64,000 nucleotides of DNA from positions 21,504,001-21,568,000 of the forward strand of contig CP068257.2 of assembly GCA_009914755.4 (NCBI GenBank), in the 5' to 3' direction. A program made the translations under genes and the position numbers. This DNA is from the human T2T-CHM13v2.0 reference genome, Homo sapiens. The notes under the pieces are model-generated. The model was not told the DNA's origin and made no database searches. It saw only the letters and a program-made list of their open reading frames with translations. Below are positions 1 through 13,875 of this stretch, in pieces. The first letter of the stretch is position 1; every line of letters begins with the position of its first letter.

Positions 1-3000
1 ACACAAAATTCTCTTGTGTTTCCTATACTCCTTACACATATAACCTGAAGATAATTTTATAAAATATTTTAATAATTGTGTGCATGAAATAAAGTTTTGA
101 CTGTGTTTTGACTACAACCTGTCACATGAGGTTATGTGTGGAATTTTCGACTTGTGATGTCATGTTTGTGCTCAAAAAGTTTTGGATTTGGGAGCATTTT
201 GAATTTCATATCTTCAGATTAGGAATATGAATACGATAACTTGATTGCCAGGAGAATGTTTTTTCTTAATCCGTTATAAAATTTGGAGTCACTAAAGCAT
301 GTTTAAACAAAATGATATATGATCAGAATTTTTAAGTGATTAGAAATAGTTGGATGCATTGTTTAAGTAGAGGTTAATATTTTATTTATTTCCTTAATAC
401 ATCTGTCATTAGTTTCTTTTGAGAATAGGATCAATGAAGAGGTTGCTGGTATGAGATTATTATAAAGGAACTCTAGATCAGGAAAGTGAAGAAGAAAGTA
501 TTTCTGGACTATCGCCACTTCTAAACTTTCATGTACTATGATGTATTTATACCATAGAATAAATAACAGCACATTTTGGTGCTCCGTAAATGGGTCCATA
601 TCTCTGTACTTCATAAACTGGTTCATATCTTCATGTTGTAAAAAACCCAATGGCATACTTTCTGAAATAGTTCACCCAAGGGGAAAATAATAGTAATAAC
701 GGAAGCAATTGGGTAGAGAACAGGATTTAGGACTTCAAACATATTTAAAGCTCAAATAAATTTATTCATTTTTAGCCTATTTTTGGCTTTAATACATTAT
801 ATTAAACATTAAATTTAATATTCAGATAAATATATTCTGACCCTAAGGATTTTAATATAAAATGCAGTCCATGTAAATAAATAAAATCTTGCAATTTTTA
901 TTTATATGTAGTTCTAAAGCTTATTGTTTTACAGCTTCTTTTACTTCCTGTATTGTAGGTTATAGACAGCTAGTTGATCATTTTGTAGCTTTTACTTTCT
1001 TATGGAAAGCAGGATTTTCTGTATATTGCATTGTGAACCCAGAATGTGCTAGTTTATTAATGGAAAGTACAACTTCCAAGTCTCCATTTATTCAAACACT
1101 AAAATTTGAAATAGCAGAGTAATTTTTTAAACATGTAGTCAACAGAATCAGATGCTACCTTTTGGAAAGGGCTGGGTGTGTATGTATCTGTGCATAAATT
1201 GACTATGAGCTTGCTTTCAAGTTAACTTTATCATTTAACATTTACTGAAAATACTAGTAATGAAATAAACATAATTTTGAATAAAGAAACATTGAAATTT
1301 TCTACAGTCAAGAACAAACATGTTCAGATGACTGTTGTTTAATGGGCCCAGGGGCAGCTTATACACATGACTTGGTGCACTCTGGTGCTTGCCAATAGAA
1401 GGTGACCTACAGTCACTTGCTAGTCATCAAAAGAGAGTTTGCTTAGACCTGGATATAGCTGAACACAGTGTGGTCTGGTTTTGAAATAAAGAGGAAGAGC
1501 CCTACCTAATTGTATATTTTTTATGACATAAACATAGGAATAAACTTGAATTAGAGAAAAAATATCACAGGCAGCAAACAGAGCTACTAGGACAAGGATT
1601 GGAAAAATGCCAGAGCACTATATGGAGATGTTGATTGAATTCATGTGAAGCCCCTCTTACTTGCTAAAGGGTCAGTTACTGAACATCCCTCCAGGTAAAG
1701 AAAAGCCAAAAGCCGAGCCAGCTTGTTGTCATCCAATTTGGCAAGAACACCCTGGGTCAGTCACAAGCCAGTCAGTAACTCATGCTCAGGTTCATCTGTT
1801 TTTAGTGATATAGTGTCTCACCTAGAAATTTGAAAAAAATGGTGTTTTAAAAGTTATGAGACAAGAAGTAGTATACCAATAACTTTTCTTAATATTAAGC
1901 AAACCCATTAAAATTAAATAAACAAAATAAATGTTGTGCATACTCATAAGAAAAATAGCAACTCTTTGTTGAGTGCTAACCAAGCATGCCATTTTAGTTT
2001 CTTTACAGTTATTATTATTATAGCTCAACAACAAACCTCAGAATTATGTTCCACTGTTACCCTTAATTTAGATGATGAAACAGAGGTATATAGAGTATGT
2101 AGCTCATCCAAAAGCACACTCTACTTAGTGACAGAGTATTCAGACTCTAGCTACTTAATAGCATCTTTCTTTGATAATTTTATGAGTTTATCCATGTAGA
2201 TGGTGTTTAGCAAGACAAAAACTACTACACTTCAACATTACATGCAATTATCTAGAATCTCAGTTCTTCAAACAAGGGTGACTTTTGTTGTGAAGTCTGG
2301 TAGACTCTCATGACTCGTCTTTACACTTTTGGTAACTTCCTTTGATTAGCTGATCCAGAAAATTCTAGTCCAATTCCTTATGAATAATAATGAAAGAGCG
2401 TATCCCCTACTGATTACAAAGGTACTATAAGAAAAAATAAAGACAAAACAATACTCATCAGAAAATTGCTATCCTATATATTAAATAATTCAAATCCTAA
2501 ATTCAAGCATTCAGGAAAGATAATGGCAAGCCATTAGAGAAATTAAATAGAAGATTCTAGAACCCAATAAGGAAAGCAAGTTATTTAAACTACTGAAATT
2601 TTCAGGTTTGTTACTGTAGTATACTCTAGTTGATTATGACAGATCCAAAGATTAAAAACAAAATATTAACTATTAGAGACATGAGATGGAGATTCAGCAT
2701 GCATGTATCACAGAAGGAGAAAACAAACACAGTACTGTTAGAGAAAAAATATTTAAAATGTTTCAGGAAAATATTCTGAAATGAGAAATAAGAAAATGAG
2801 GATTGGGTTAAAGATCAAAATAGCCTTGAAAATTTCATCATATCGACATATTCTCGTCGACAAGAACATTCCAAGAATATGCAATTCTTAAATCACTTTT
2901 TGATCACTTAAAAAAGTGATAATCTTTTGAAAGACTAGAAAAACAAAATAAAACTTAAGCCACATATAAAGATAAAAAATTCAACTAGTTTTCGATAAAA

Positions 3001-3560
3001 TATTTTAAATGAGATATTCACATTACGTGATTTCTTAATTATCTTTCCACTCTAAAAATACCATCATTCTGTATACATAGGCCATAACCAATAAAAATAA
3101 TGTCTGCCGTTACTGATATATGCTCTGCCTGAAAATTGTTAAATGGTCTTGGCCTATCAACACATCACTCACAAGGAACACTTAAAAATAAATTTTCATT
3201 CTCTTCAGAAGACAAACACAAATCCTGATAAGAGACTCTCACAAAATCAGTCTCAGCCTCCTAGAAACATCTGATTTTGATATTCTTCCTGGGTGGGAAA
3301 TGACACAGGCAGATTTGTGTTTCATCAGCTTAGAGATAATTGGTCAAATTGCAAGGCCGACTTTATCACTAATGGAATGAGGGGAAAAAGAAAAGCCTCA
3401 AAGACAGGACATTAGGAAACATCTAAAGTGAAAAAGAGGGGAAAAAGAAGTCAGTAACGGGCAGAAAAAGACATCAGAAAGTAGGAACATAAAAAAGACA
3501 ACCAAGAATAAATGATAGTCAATACAGTCCTGTACTGCAATGAACGTTAAGAAAGTTGAA

Positions 3561-3877
3561 GGCTGCCAGGCGCAGTGGCTCACCCTTGTAATCCCAGCAC
3601 TTTGAGAGTCCGAGGCAGGTGGATCAATTGAGGTCAGGAGTTCGAGACCTAGTCTGGCCAACATGGTGAACCCCATCTCTACTAAAAATACAAAAAAAAA
3701 AAAAAAAATTAGCCAGGTGTGGTGGTGCGTGCCCATAATCCCAGCTACTTGGAGGCTGAGGCAGGAGAATTGCTTGAACCCAGGAGGCAGAGGTTGCAGT
3801 GAGCCGAGATTGCACCACTGCACTCAGGCCTGGGTGACAGAGTAAGATTCAGTCTCAAAAAAAAAGAAAAAAAAAAA
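3561..3877 (+). mobile_element. Alu SINE, full-length dimer with A-rich tail
   Basis: Starts GGCTGCCAGGCGCAGTGGCTCAC (Alu 5' end). Left and right monomers are joined by an A-rich linker, and the element ends in an A-rich tail. Short direct repeat AAGTTGAAGG lies just before the start and again after the tail (candidate TSD). Confidence 0.9.
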
Positions 3878-6062
3878 GTTGAAGGCCAAGTGTATGTGCT
3901 TGATTGTTTTCAATTTCATTTAAATAATTTATTATATATTGCTAGGGATTGAATGCTCCCAAAGAGCACAGTCAACGGAACTAAGAGCAGAAAAACAGGG
4001 GACATGAGAAACAATGGACAGAAGAGAATTCCAAAGCTTCTAATGTTGTTATTTTCCTTTCTGTTACAAAATGCCCCCAGGCTAGTATGATTTCCAAACT
4101 ATATTACTACTGTTAACATGATATAATTTTTCAAGTAAAATAATGGAAATATATTAGTTTCCATCTGATTCTAAGAATGCATTGCACTCTCACAATTTGA
4201 TAAGGTATTTGAGGAACTCATTTCTGCTCTCAAAAAAAATTCTAAAAATAATGCATAGATAAAATTAGGTGTGTTATATATTGAGATCACTATAAAACAC
4301 TTTTCTTATTGACATTGCTTCATACATGACAGATGTTTTGACAACCACACTTATTATCTCTGTGTGTATTCCTCTCTGCCCTTCCCCTTGCTAACATCTA
4401 CTGACAAACAGTGATCAGTGTTAGCAAACAGCTTCTCTGGAACTGAGCATCTATCCAGCAAGCCTCCTGCCATCTACAGGCAAAATAAAAATTCCTCATT
4501 GCAAAGGTGAAGAATTAAACATTGGTAAGTCTGTTCTGTTGTTCTTACTGAAATTGAAGGGACAGTAATTTAAACTGTAATGATATTTTGCCAGAACAAA
4601 CTAAGGCCTCATGTACGTGAAAATTAATGGTAAAATACAATCTTCTCTGCTTGCTTGCTAGCAAAGCAAAGCACTGACGTTATTGTGGGGAAAAACTTGC
4701 CCTTTGAATTTTTATCATTGTCATGTCACATTTATTAAACACTGATATAATTTTATTGAGCTAGGTCTTCTCCAAGCAAGTTTTACAAGCCCTGACATTT
4801 AAGAGCTAGGATTTTAAATCAGCCAATGTTGATAAAGTTGATTGTAAAATGTTGGTACTTATAAAAGAGAAATTAAAATAAAAATTGATGAGGGAAAGGA
4901 AGTGATACTGAGGGAAGAATAGAAAAAAAAAATAAACCCAGATGTTTTAGCTCTAGGAGAGATAAAGCTGAGTTAAAACCAGAACTTTGAGTCCAAAAAT
5001 TACCTAACCCTGGAAGTGTGCCCTTATTTGCTAGGTAATAAAAACAATTTAAAAATAGTAAGAAAAGATTATGAATCCAGGTCAGAATGAAGCAAGGGAT
5101 GCAAGCCACAGCCATGATCTGATATCAGGTTATGTTGTGAAGAAGTTAAATTTTATAACTATTTGTATGTGGGAATGAGGTTGGAGAAACTCCCAAGACT
5201 TATCTGGAATTGTTCTTTGATCATCAGTGTTCAGCGATAAGTATTTTAATTAAAATTTCAATAGATTTTTCTTTGATGAGTATCCAAGCTATTCTCTCAG
5301 CAGATAATCTCCCTGAATAATGTGATGGAACAGAAAACAAATGAAAATCTAAAATCAACATAGGCTGTACTACGAATGCACCTAAAGTTACATCCATTGT
5401 AGGAATCATGTGTACTTTCACATACTGAATTTTTTACAGAAATTAAGAGGAAAGCAATTAGACACTAACAACTAAGATCTGATGAGTCAAGGAGGAAGTG
5501 TATACAGTACACACATTCTTTTTTCTTTCTCACACAATGGGTTCCATTCCCACTACTACTCCATTCAAATTGAAGTGCCTTCAATGATTATTAAAAAACT
5601 CTCTTTAAAATAGCTCATGTAACCTTACATCCTTTGACTGAGGCTCAACTCATGTCAATGCTTCAGTATCAACTTTTCCTGCCACTTGCAACATATTTTG
5701 TATGTCTGTATACACACATACATACATACATATATTTAGGTGTACATGGTGTAATGAATGTTCTGTCAACCATGTGGAAATAAGAAAAGGACGTCAGTTT
5801 GTAACAGTTTTCTGTAAAAACAAAGTATTTGGAAGATATTTCACTTACGTTAAATAAAGTATTCTCGGTTTTAGGACCATTTTCAAATAGCTTCTTTCCT
5901 ATAAGATGTAGGTATTAAAGATTAAAGGGGTTATGAAATAGGATTATTCTTACTTGAAGAAGGCTGGCTAAATGTTCTAGGAAAACTTCGGAGGCATTAT
6001 TTAAATGAAGCCACTAGTGTCCACCAGTTAAGTTTTCAGTTTCCAAGCTAGGTTATTATTAT

Positions 6063-6367
6063 TTATTTTTTTTGAGACAGAGTCTCCCTCTGTCACCCAG
6101 ACTGGAGTGCAGTGCCCTGATCTTGGCTCACTGCCAAGACTGGGTTCAAGTGGGTTCAACTGGGTTCAAGTGGTTCTCCTGCCTCAGCCTCCTGAGTAGC
6201 TGTGAATACAGGCACATGCCACCATGCCAGGCAAATTTTTGTATTTTTAGTAGAGACGGAGTTTCACCATGTTGGCCAGGCTAGTCTCAAACTCCTGACC
6301 TTGTGATCAGCCCACCTCGGCCTCCCAGAGTTCTGGGATTACAGGTGTGAGCCTCCATGCCCAGCCA
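6063..6367 (-). mobile_element. Alu SINE, full-length, reverse orientation
   Basis: Begins with a poly-T run followed by GAGACAGAGTCTC..GCCCAGGCTGGAGTGCAGTG and ends GGATTACAGGTGTGAGCC..CCCAGCC, which is the reverse complement of Alu. Contains an internal GGGTTCAAGTGGGTTCAACTGGGTTCAAGTGG micro-triplication. Confidence 0.9.
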
Positions 6368-9249
6368 CAGGGCGTTATTCTTATAGGAACTGACACATAT
6401 TACCAACATTCACAAAGACTGATTAAAATGCCATAATTTAAATTTTACCTTGTAAATATCAATGCAAATGTCATGATATATGCATCTTTAATTATAGCAT
6501 TTTTTTGCCACTCTAAGATATCTATCTTGAAAGTTAAGTTTTAATCAATAAGTTGTTGGTAAGTATGAACTCAGAGGGGAGGACTTTTTTATTTTACATA
6601 TCTCAATGGCAACCAGCTAACTACATACAGAATACCTGCACCTTTACAGTAAGAATATATACCTACTGAGTATCTCCTCTTTTAAAATCTACTGGAGAGG
6701 GCATTTTTCTTTTGGATATGTATAAATGTGAAATGAGTAATTTTCCTTCTAATACCTCTCTGCCTTTTACTTTCATGCTGATTATATCTCTTCTTGAAGT
6801 TGTCTATTGTAAATTGTTAGATAGAGCCTACTTTCAGGCCAATTGCCTTTTTGCAAATTACCCTTAGTGTATCTATTATTAGGTAAATATTTTATTTTGG
6901 CAAACTTACTGCAGATGTTAACTCTTTTATGCTATTAAGATAAAGTCTGAATCAGAAGAGGCAGCAGGGTCCTCCATAATTGTTTCTGAGTTCAATCTCA
7001 TTAAAATAAACCATTTATTAAAGAATTCTCTGAGCTGGAAGACTTACAAGACAGAATCTTATCCCCTTTGTCATATCTTGTTTTTTAATTTCATCTATAA
7101 ACTCCACAAGGCTAATGTATTTAAGCTTTCTCCATGAGCAAACTCTTCAAATAAAGCCTCTCAATTGGCACCTGTTGATATGGCAGGAAATGCAATTTTC
7201 TTTCTTTTTCACTGTAACCTTTTATAAGGAGGGGTATGTACGTGGCTAGGACTTTTCCACTGGAAGATGTTAATAGACAATCCCTCTGAATTTGATCCAT
7301 CTTTACCCACACCAGACCGTTTAAGTCTGACACATAGTTGTAATAGTATTAATTTACTATATTTTTAATGTAAAAGAGAGTATACATAAAGACTGAACCT
7401 TAAAGGACATACTCTAACAGTAGAGTTAACAAAGTCATTATAAAAATCAAACAGTGGGTGAGAAAAATTGTCAGGACTGGGCTTCTTATTGCTGAGTGAA
7501 AGATAGCAAGTTATCAAAGGTGACCCACCATGTGTGACACAGTCTGACAAGAAGAAAGGTCATTTTATGCTGATTATGACTTTTCTATCTGATCTTATGA
7601 GACTTCTACTTCTCTTCCTTAAATAGATGGAGAGTGATAGTGAAGAGATGAAAAAGAGAGATACTTTAGTTCTCTTTGGGAACCTTGGAACTGAAGAAGG
7701 AATGCAGCGTACTGTTTTCTGAAATCTGATACTAGAAAAGACCTAGAGCGATTTGGTAATGATGGGATTTAGTATGTTCTTGAATTCCCTAACTTATATA
7801 TTGGTAAGCATGCTATATTCTGTTTTTAAAATTTTATGCTTTCAACCACATTATCTATACTTTTATGTTTGCACAAGGCAATCAGAAAGATATAAATAAA
7901 ATGTAAAATGATGTGGCTTTTTTAAGAGAAAGCAAAAAAAAGAGAGATTTCCAATAATAAAAAGATGATAAAGTCAAAATATATTTAGTGCATAAGACAA
8001 AGAGGTACACTTAACTCTACTAAATTTGGGGAAATAAACTAATATATTTAAACTGTTTAAAATGGTTTTGCAGGGCTGAAATTTATTTCTAGATTATTTT
8101 AAGTAGATTTCCAGATACTTTTTAAATTTAAAAAAATCAGATTCAGATGACAGATTATAGTTCAAATATCTATGAAGAAAACTACATTTGTAGGAATGAT
8201 TATCATGGATGTTTAGAATAACCAGGTCAAAATTTATTATAAAATAAATGTATGTTTTTACATAACTAAAATTTAATGATATTTATTTTGCTGTAAATGT
8301 AATTTAAATTTACTTACTAAAACATCACATAATTTTTTAAAGTATTTATTTTTTACCATTTTCATAGAGGGTAAGATTTTTTTAACAGATGTCTATAAAT
8401 ACAGATAGAAATCTTTGTATTTTCAAATTTCAGAGTGAAAGGGAGTTCACATTTCTTTTTATTTAAGAGAAAAATTGTGAGTAGTATCTAATCAGGTATG
8501 CAATAGTGGAAATATGCCTATAAAGCTCACGTAGTTAATCATTCATTCAATTATTCTCTCTGATTTCATGTGCTCTTATATATACAACATTTTACAAAGC
8601 TTGTGGCAGATTAAATAACTTTAAAGATTAAGTATGTTTTATATAAGGTTATCCATCATTCAGAGTACATGTGAAAAAGCTTTTGAAAAAAAAAAAAACC
8701 TCAACTACATTAGGCATATTTCACTGACTGATAGCTTTACAGTTAAGATTTGTCAGCATTCCTTTTGTAAATTAAATTAAATTTGATCAAAAGCTCACTC
8801 CTCACGTAGCAAACTGTAACCTAACTTGAGGGTATATTTTTATGAAAGTAAGAAAATCTTGGCCAATTACAGTAGCTGAGCTTTCAGCCAGTCACAGACC
8901 GCCAACTGCCTAGACATGTCCAAATAAGGAAAACACAAGGTGTAACCAATCAGGCTAATTTGTGTGTCACTTCTATTTTCTGTCTATAAATATTGCTGGC
9001 CCAGGTTGCTTGGTGGACCTCATTGAACATTTACTGGTTATAAGTGCTGCCCAATTCATACATGTTTCCTTTGCTCAAATAAACTGCTAAGTTTAATTTG
9101 TCAAAAGTTTTTAGTACTGTGAAGCTTTTGTTTTACGCTTGTTAATGTTTTATTTCATATTTTTCTCTTGTCATGTTTTATTTTATAATTTATTTTTATT
9201 ATAGTGAAAAAACACATAAAATGAGATCTGATCCCTTAACAAATGTTTA

Positions 9250-9650
9250 AGTATACTGTACACCATGAGCACATGTGGTGTAGCAGATTTCGAGAACTTT
9301 CATGTGTGTAACAGAAACTTTATACCCACAAACCGCAACACCCCCAATTCTCTCTCCCCAACCCCTGGCAAACACGATTCTACTTTATGCTTGTATGAGT
9401 TTGTCCATTTTACATACTTCAGTAAAGTGGAATTGTGTAGTAGTTTTTATTCTGCAATTTGGTTATTTCACTTAGAATGACATCTGTAAAACTAACTGAT
9501 GTTTTCACATATGAAAATATTTCTTTTTTAAGATGGAAAAATATTCTATAATATGTATTTATATTTTCTTTATCCATTTATCAGTTGATTGACATTTGGG
9601 TTGCTTCCACATCTTCATTATTGTGAATAATAAATTTTTTTAAAAAAATT
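9250..9650 (+). mobile_element. Fragment of an old L1 (L1M/L1PB-class) 3' end region
   Basis: Matches motifs I recall from older primate L1 3' ends: ACACCATGAGCACATGTGGTGTAGC, CCCCTGGCAAACACGATTCTACTTT, TGGTTATTTCACTTAGAATGACATC, TTGACATTTGGGTTGCTTCCACATCTTCATTATTGTGAATAAT. Subfamily is not assignable by eye. Confidence 0.55.
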
Positions 9651-11347
9651 ATCTATTTCTGAAGTATTAGGACTAAAGTGAGGTTATATCATGGAGATAC
9701 ATTATGGTAAATGGGGACCACATCAGTGGCTAAGGTAAAACAGTACAGTCAGGAAGTCACACATAGAGCTGGGCATTTTTTTTTCAGTACGCATACTTTT
9801 GTCATGGAAGATTACACTACATTGTGATTCTCATCTGGGGATTATTGTTAAGAAGTGGGGCATTTCACAGGGAAAGCAGAAATAATTCAGTATCAAAGTA
9901 AGTTTTGGATTTCACTGCAAATAATAACATAAAATTGAAATAAAATTATTGGCCAACAGGAAATCTATTTCTTAGGATTGCTCCATTCTTAATCATCACC
10001 TCTTTATTTCATCGCTTTCTCAGTTCTAACGTGCTTTTTGTTATGTATATATATTTAATTTACCCATTCATCATTTTCTTTTCTGGGCTTGAAATTGTTA
10101 AACAGGAACTCAAAAATATTTGATGTGACCTATATCAACTGATAGTTAACACTGGGTTATATACATTTTCTCTTGAAATACAACTGAATAAAGAAAATTC
10201 CACAACACATATGAAGAAGTATTGAGGTTCTAAAGAAGAAAATCATTCTGTGGATCTTGAAAAAGTGAACAAATTAAAAGCATTATTACACAATTAATTA
10301 TCTGCCAATAATAACAGAACATATAGAATATTTCTATGTAAACAATATGACGAAGGAAAAGGAAAATATATAAATGGTATGATGAACATTGGATCTCTAA
10401 ATTTGTATAAGAGAAATAAGAAGAAGCAGTATGAAGTTATAAAAGATTTCAAATAGAAAAAATCGTATGAGTCTTGTAAAATTAATGATGGTAACAGTGA
10501 AAGCACATTAGATAGAGAAGGAAATAAATTCCATTTAGTACAATTTCCACAAATTTCCTGAGAATGTAAATATAAATAAGTGAAATAAAATATGAATAGT
10601 GGTTGATTGTTACTGAAGGAACAACATATGTATTTAATATACATCATCTCTATACTACATGACTGAAAGTTGTGAATGGAAATGTCTAATGCTAGAATGT
10701 CTCCTAGAGGTTCAAGTGTCAGAATTTGGTTAGATCTTTACTGAACAGTCCACTGTCCTCGTATCTATGTATATTCTGGTTAACCTGGAAAGTGGCAATA
10801 ATTGGTTTATTTCATTCACATATGCTGAAAGAAAGGGTTATCCTATTGATGTTAACACCAACTAATCTACAAAGAAAGAGAACAAGATAAACAAGAACAA
10901 AATTCAAACTCCTCAAATAAATACTTACTAAATGTTATTACAAATAATTGACTATACATTTAGGGAAAAATTTTTACTATGATTTGCTTAATTTTTTGTC
11001 CCTTTTGTTTGACATTTATATTATGTACTTTTGAGTAAATTATATGAGTAATTGTTATTCTTATATTTTTAATGAAAAGTCAAATTATAGTTTTCAAACT
11101 ATATCAGACATAAATATGTTGAATTTTCATAAATCCATTATTTTTTAAGACATGGACATTTACATTTATTTCTATAGAAATATTTTTCCTTTTTTAGTAT
11201 GTGATTCAACTGTCACTTAACCTCTCTGTCTCCTAGGGACTCCCACTGCTTTGCTGGTTGCTTTACTTCTCAGCCTCCATAACATCATGGACACATGTCA
11301 TTTTTATCTACCATATATTTATTAATAAGTTATCTACTTATGTCTAA

Positions 11348-11564
<217 letters not shown>

Positions 11565-13587
11565 TGATCCATCACAGTACATCTAGTGACTGTTAAAAAT
11601 TTGTTTAATGAGTAGGTGTTATCTTCAGAGTGAGGATGAAGGGAAGTATTTAGTTTAAAGCGACTTTTACATCAAAACATTTCAATTACAGCTATAATAA
11701 TTACAAATTGCGAAATCTTAGGGAAAATACATTATGTTTTTCCTCACTTGCAGACTCTGATAATTATGTTTTCTATGGTATGCTCTTTTGGATGTTTACT
11801 TTCTTCGCTGTACTAAATATTCGGGGAAGAAAAATCTTTGTTTATTCCCAAGTGTTAATCTTTTGGGGGCTACCCGATTGTGTTACTTCCATTTCCCTTG
11901 CAAGAGATTGACTTAGAATGGAACATGAGATCTCCTCCTGGCAATTAAGGTGCTGGTGGAAATCTGTGAAGAAGGAACTCTGATTTCTATGAACATTTTC
12001 GAAGTCTCTGTATGTGGAGTGTAGAAATGGGTTGCCTAGAACTACTGTAGTCATCTTTGGACGATGCAGTGAGGTAGCTGGCATGCAAACCGTTAAACAC
12101 CATCTTGTTTGAGTAATAAACTGACAGACTATGTTTGCAGTTGGAGTGAATTCTAATTGAATGTTATTATATATTATCTCACACTTTAATTTTTCACTCT
12201 TGATTTTTATTTTTCAGCATCTATACTCATATAATGCGGTGTCTAAGCACACATTTTTTAAAATGTATTATGTTTTCTACCTTCTTTACATATTAATGAC
12301 AAATATTTTGTTTGTATTTCTAGTATGTATTGCTTTAACTTTTTGCTCCCCTCACCCTTTTCTCTCTGTCTCTCTCTCAGGTAACATTAAGCTCTTCTTA
12401 GGAAGCATTCTTTTACATCCAATTACTATCTTAAAAAATAACATACTATACTCTTAGTCTTGCTCCTAGTTCTGTTTTTTTCTGTATCTATCTTCATGGA
12501 AACATACTAGCAGAGGGGCTAGACAATGCTGGAGAGATTGATTTGAGGTTATTGGCCAATGATCAGTTTCCAGATAAAAAATGCAAACATACTATTTACC
12601 AAGCTATGGGAAACCTGCAAAAAGGAAAAGAGAAGTCCTCTGATCACTCAGAAATTAGAGTAATGTGTGGAGTTTATCTTTTGGGGCCGTAATTTCTGTG
12701 TGAAGACTGGCTGACTTAAAGGGCCAGGAGTGGGGTGGGCACCAACTAAATCAATTCATTTTGTGAAGATTGTGGAATGTGCATTTACCACTATCACCGT
12801 AAATTACTTTTAACAGCATTTGTTTCACCTTACATTACACTTAAGTTATCAATAAATTCCCTCTTCAGGCAATGCTTAGAATTCAAGTATAGTTTTTTCT
12901 TGCCAAAATTTATCTAACTAAATGTTTATTCCTAAATAGATTAGTAACAAATAAAAATAAATCAGATAAATAAACTGGACAGTAAGATGTTGAAAGATGA
13001 ATTGAAAGGTTAATTTTTTGTAGAGTTCTCCTAAAATCTCACTTACAAGAGCTGAAGGAATAAAAAGCAGTCTTCTAATAGCAAAAGCAATTTTATTGTC
13101 CTGAGTACCTGCCAAGGACAAAAATGTGTTTCTTGTTTTATTAACATTTGCTTTACAACTACAAAGCAATTGGGATCATAAGCAATACATCTCCCCCTTC
13201 TGGTGAGGTGAGTTTTGCTGTGGGTAAGTCAAAGAAAAGCAAGTCTCATTTTTGTAATTTTCAGGAAGATTGATCCATAAAACTAGGAGTGAGAAGCAAG
13301 AAAATATTGACTGAGACCTGATATCCAGTAAAGCTATGTGGCACAGCCTTGCAGACTCTCGTGGCATATTGAAAAATAGCTCACCTTCTTGGAATTTTTT
13401 TTTTTTTTTCCAAAACGTGAAGAGTCACTATATTTGCATTCATCGATCAGCCACACAGCCATCATAATGCAAGTGTTTTGTCATCTTGAATATAATGTAC
13501 TGGAAGGAAATGAGACAAGGGTAAATGACTTTAATGGTTTTCAACCTTTCACAGGACAGTCTTTACTATCATGGCTACTAGTTTGAC

Positions 13588-13875
13588 AATTTCTATTTAG
13601 TCATAACAAAAATGGGATTGTATGTGAAATGTGTTTTTCCATTAATCAATACTACTCAAGCCCTGCTCTTATTTATTATACCAAAAAGTAACTTAAAATT
13701 TTAACATATCACTCTTTCTACTTGCTTGATAAATTTCTATTTAGTCATAGCAAAAATGAGATTGTATGTGAAATGTGTTTTTTCATTATACGATACTTCT
13801 CATACCCTGCTCTTGTTTATTATAGTAAAATGTAACTTAAAATCTTAAAATATCACTCTTTCTACTTGTTATAAA
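13588..13875. repeat. Tandem duplication, 2 copies of about 144 bp
   Basis: Unit AATTTCTATTTAGTCATA(A/G)CAAAAATG(G/A)GATTGTATGTGAAATGTGTTTTT..ATCACTCTTTCTACTTG occurs at about 13588-13731 and again at 13732-13875, with roughly 90% identity. Confidence 0.8.

Noticed and set aside
3398-3845. ORF-track entries 3398-3823 (141 aa), 3624-3818, 3663-3845 and similar ones at 6072-6284, 16808-17224, 22589-23032, 23966-24301, 55690-55921
   Set aside because: All lie inside Alu elements. They are the typical spurious Alu-encoded ORFs.
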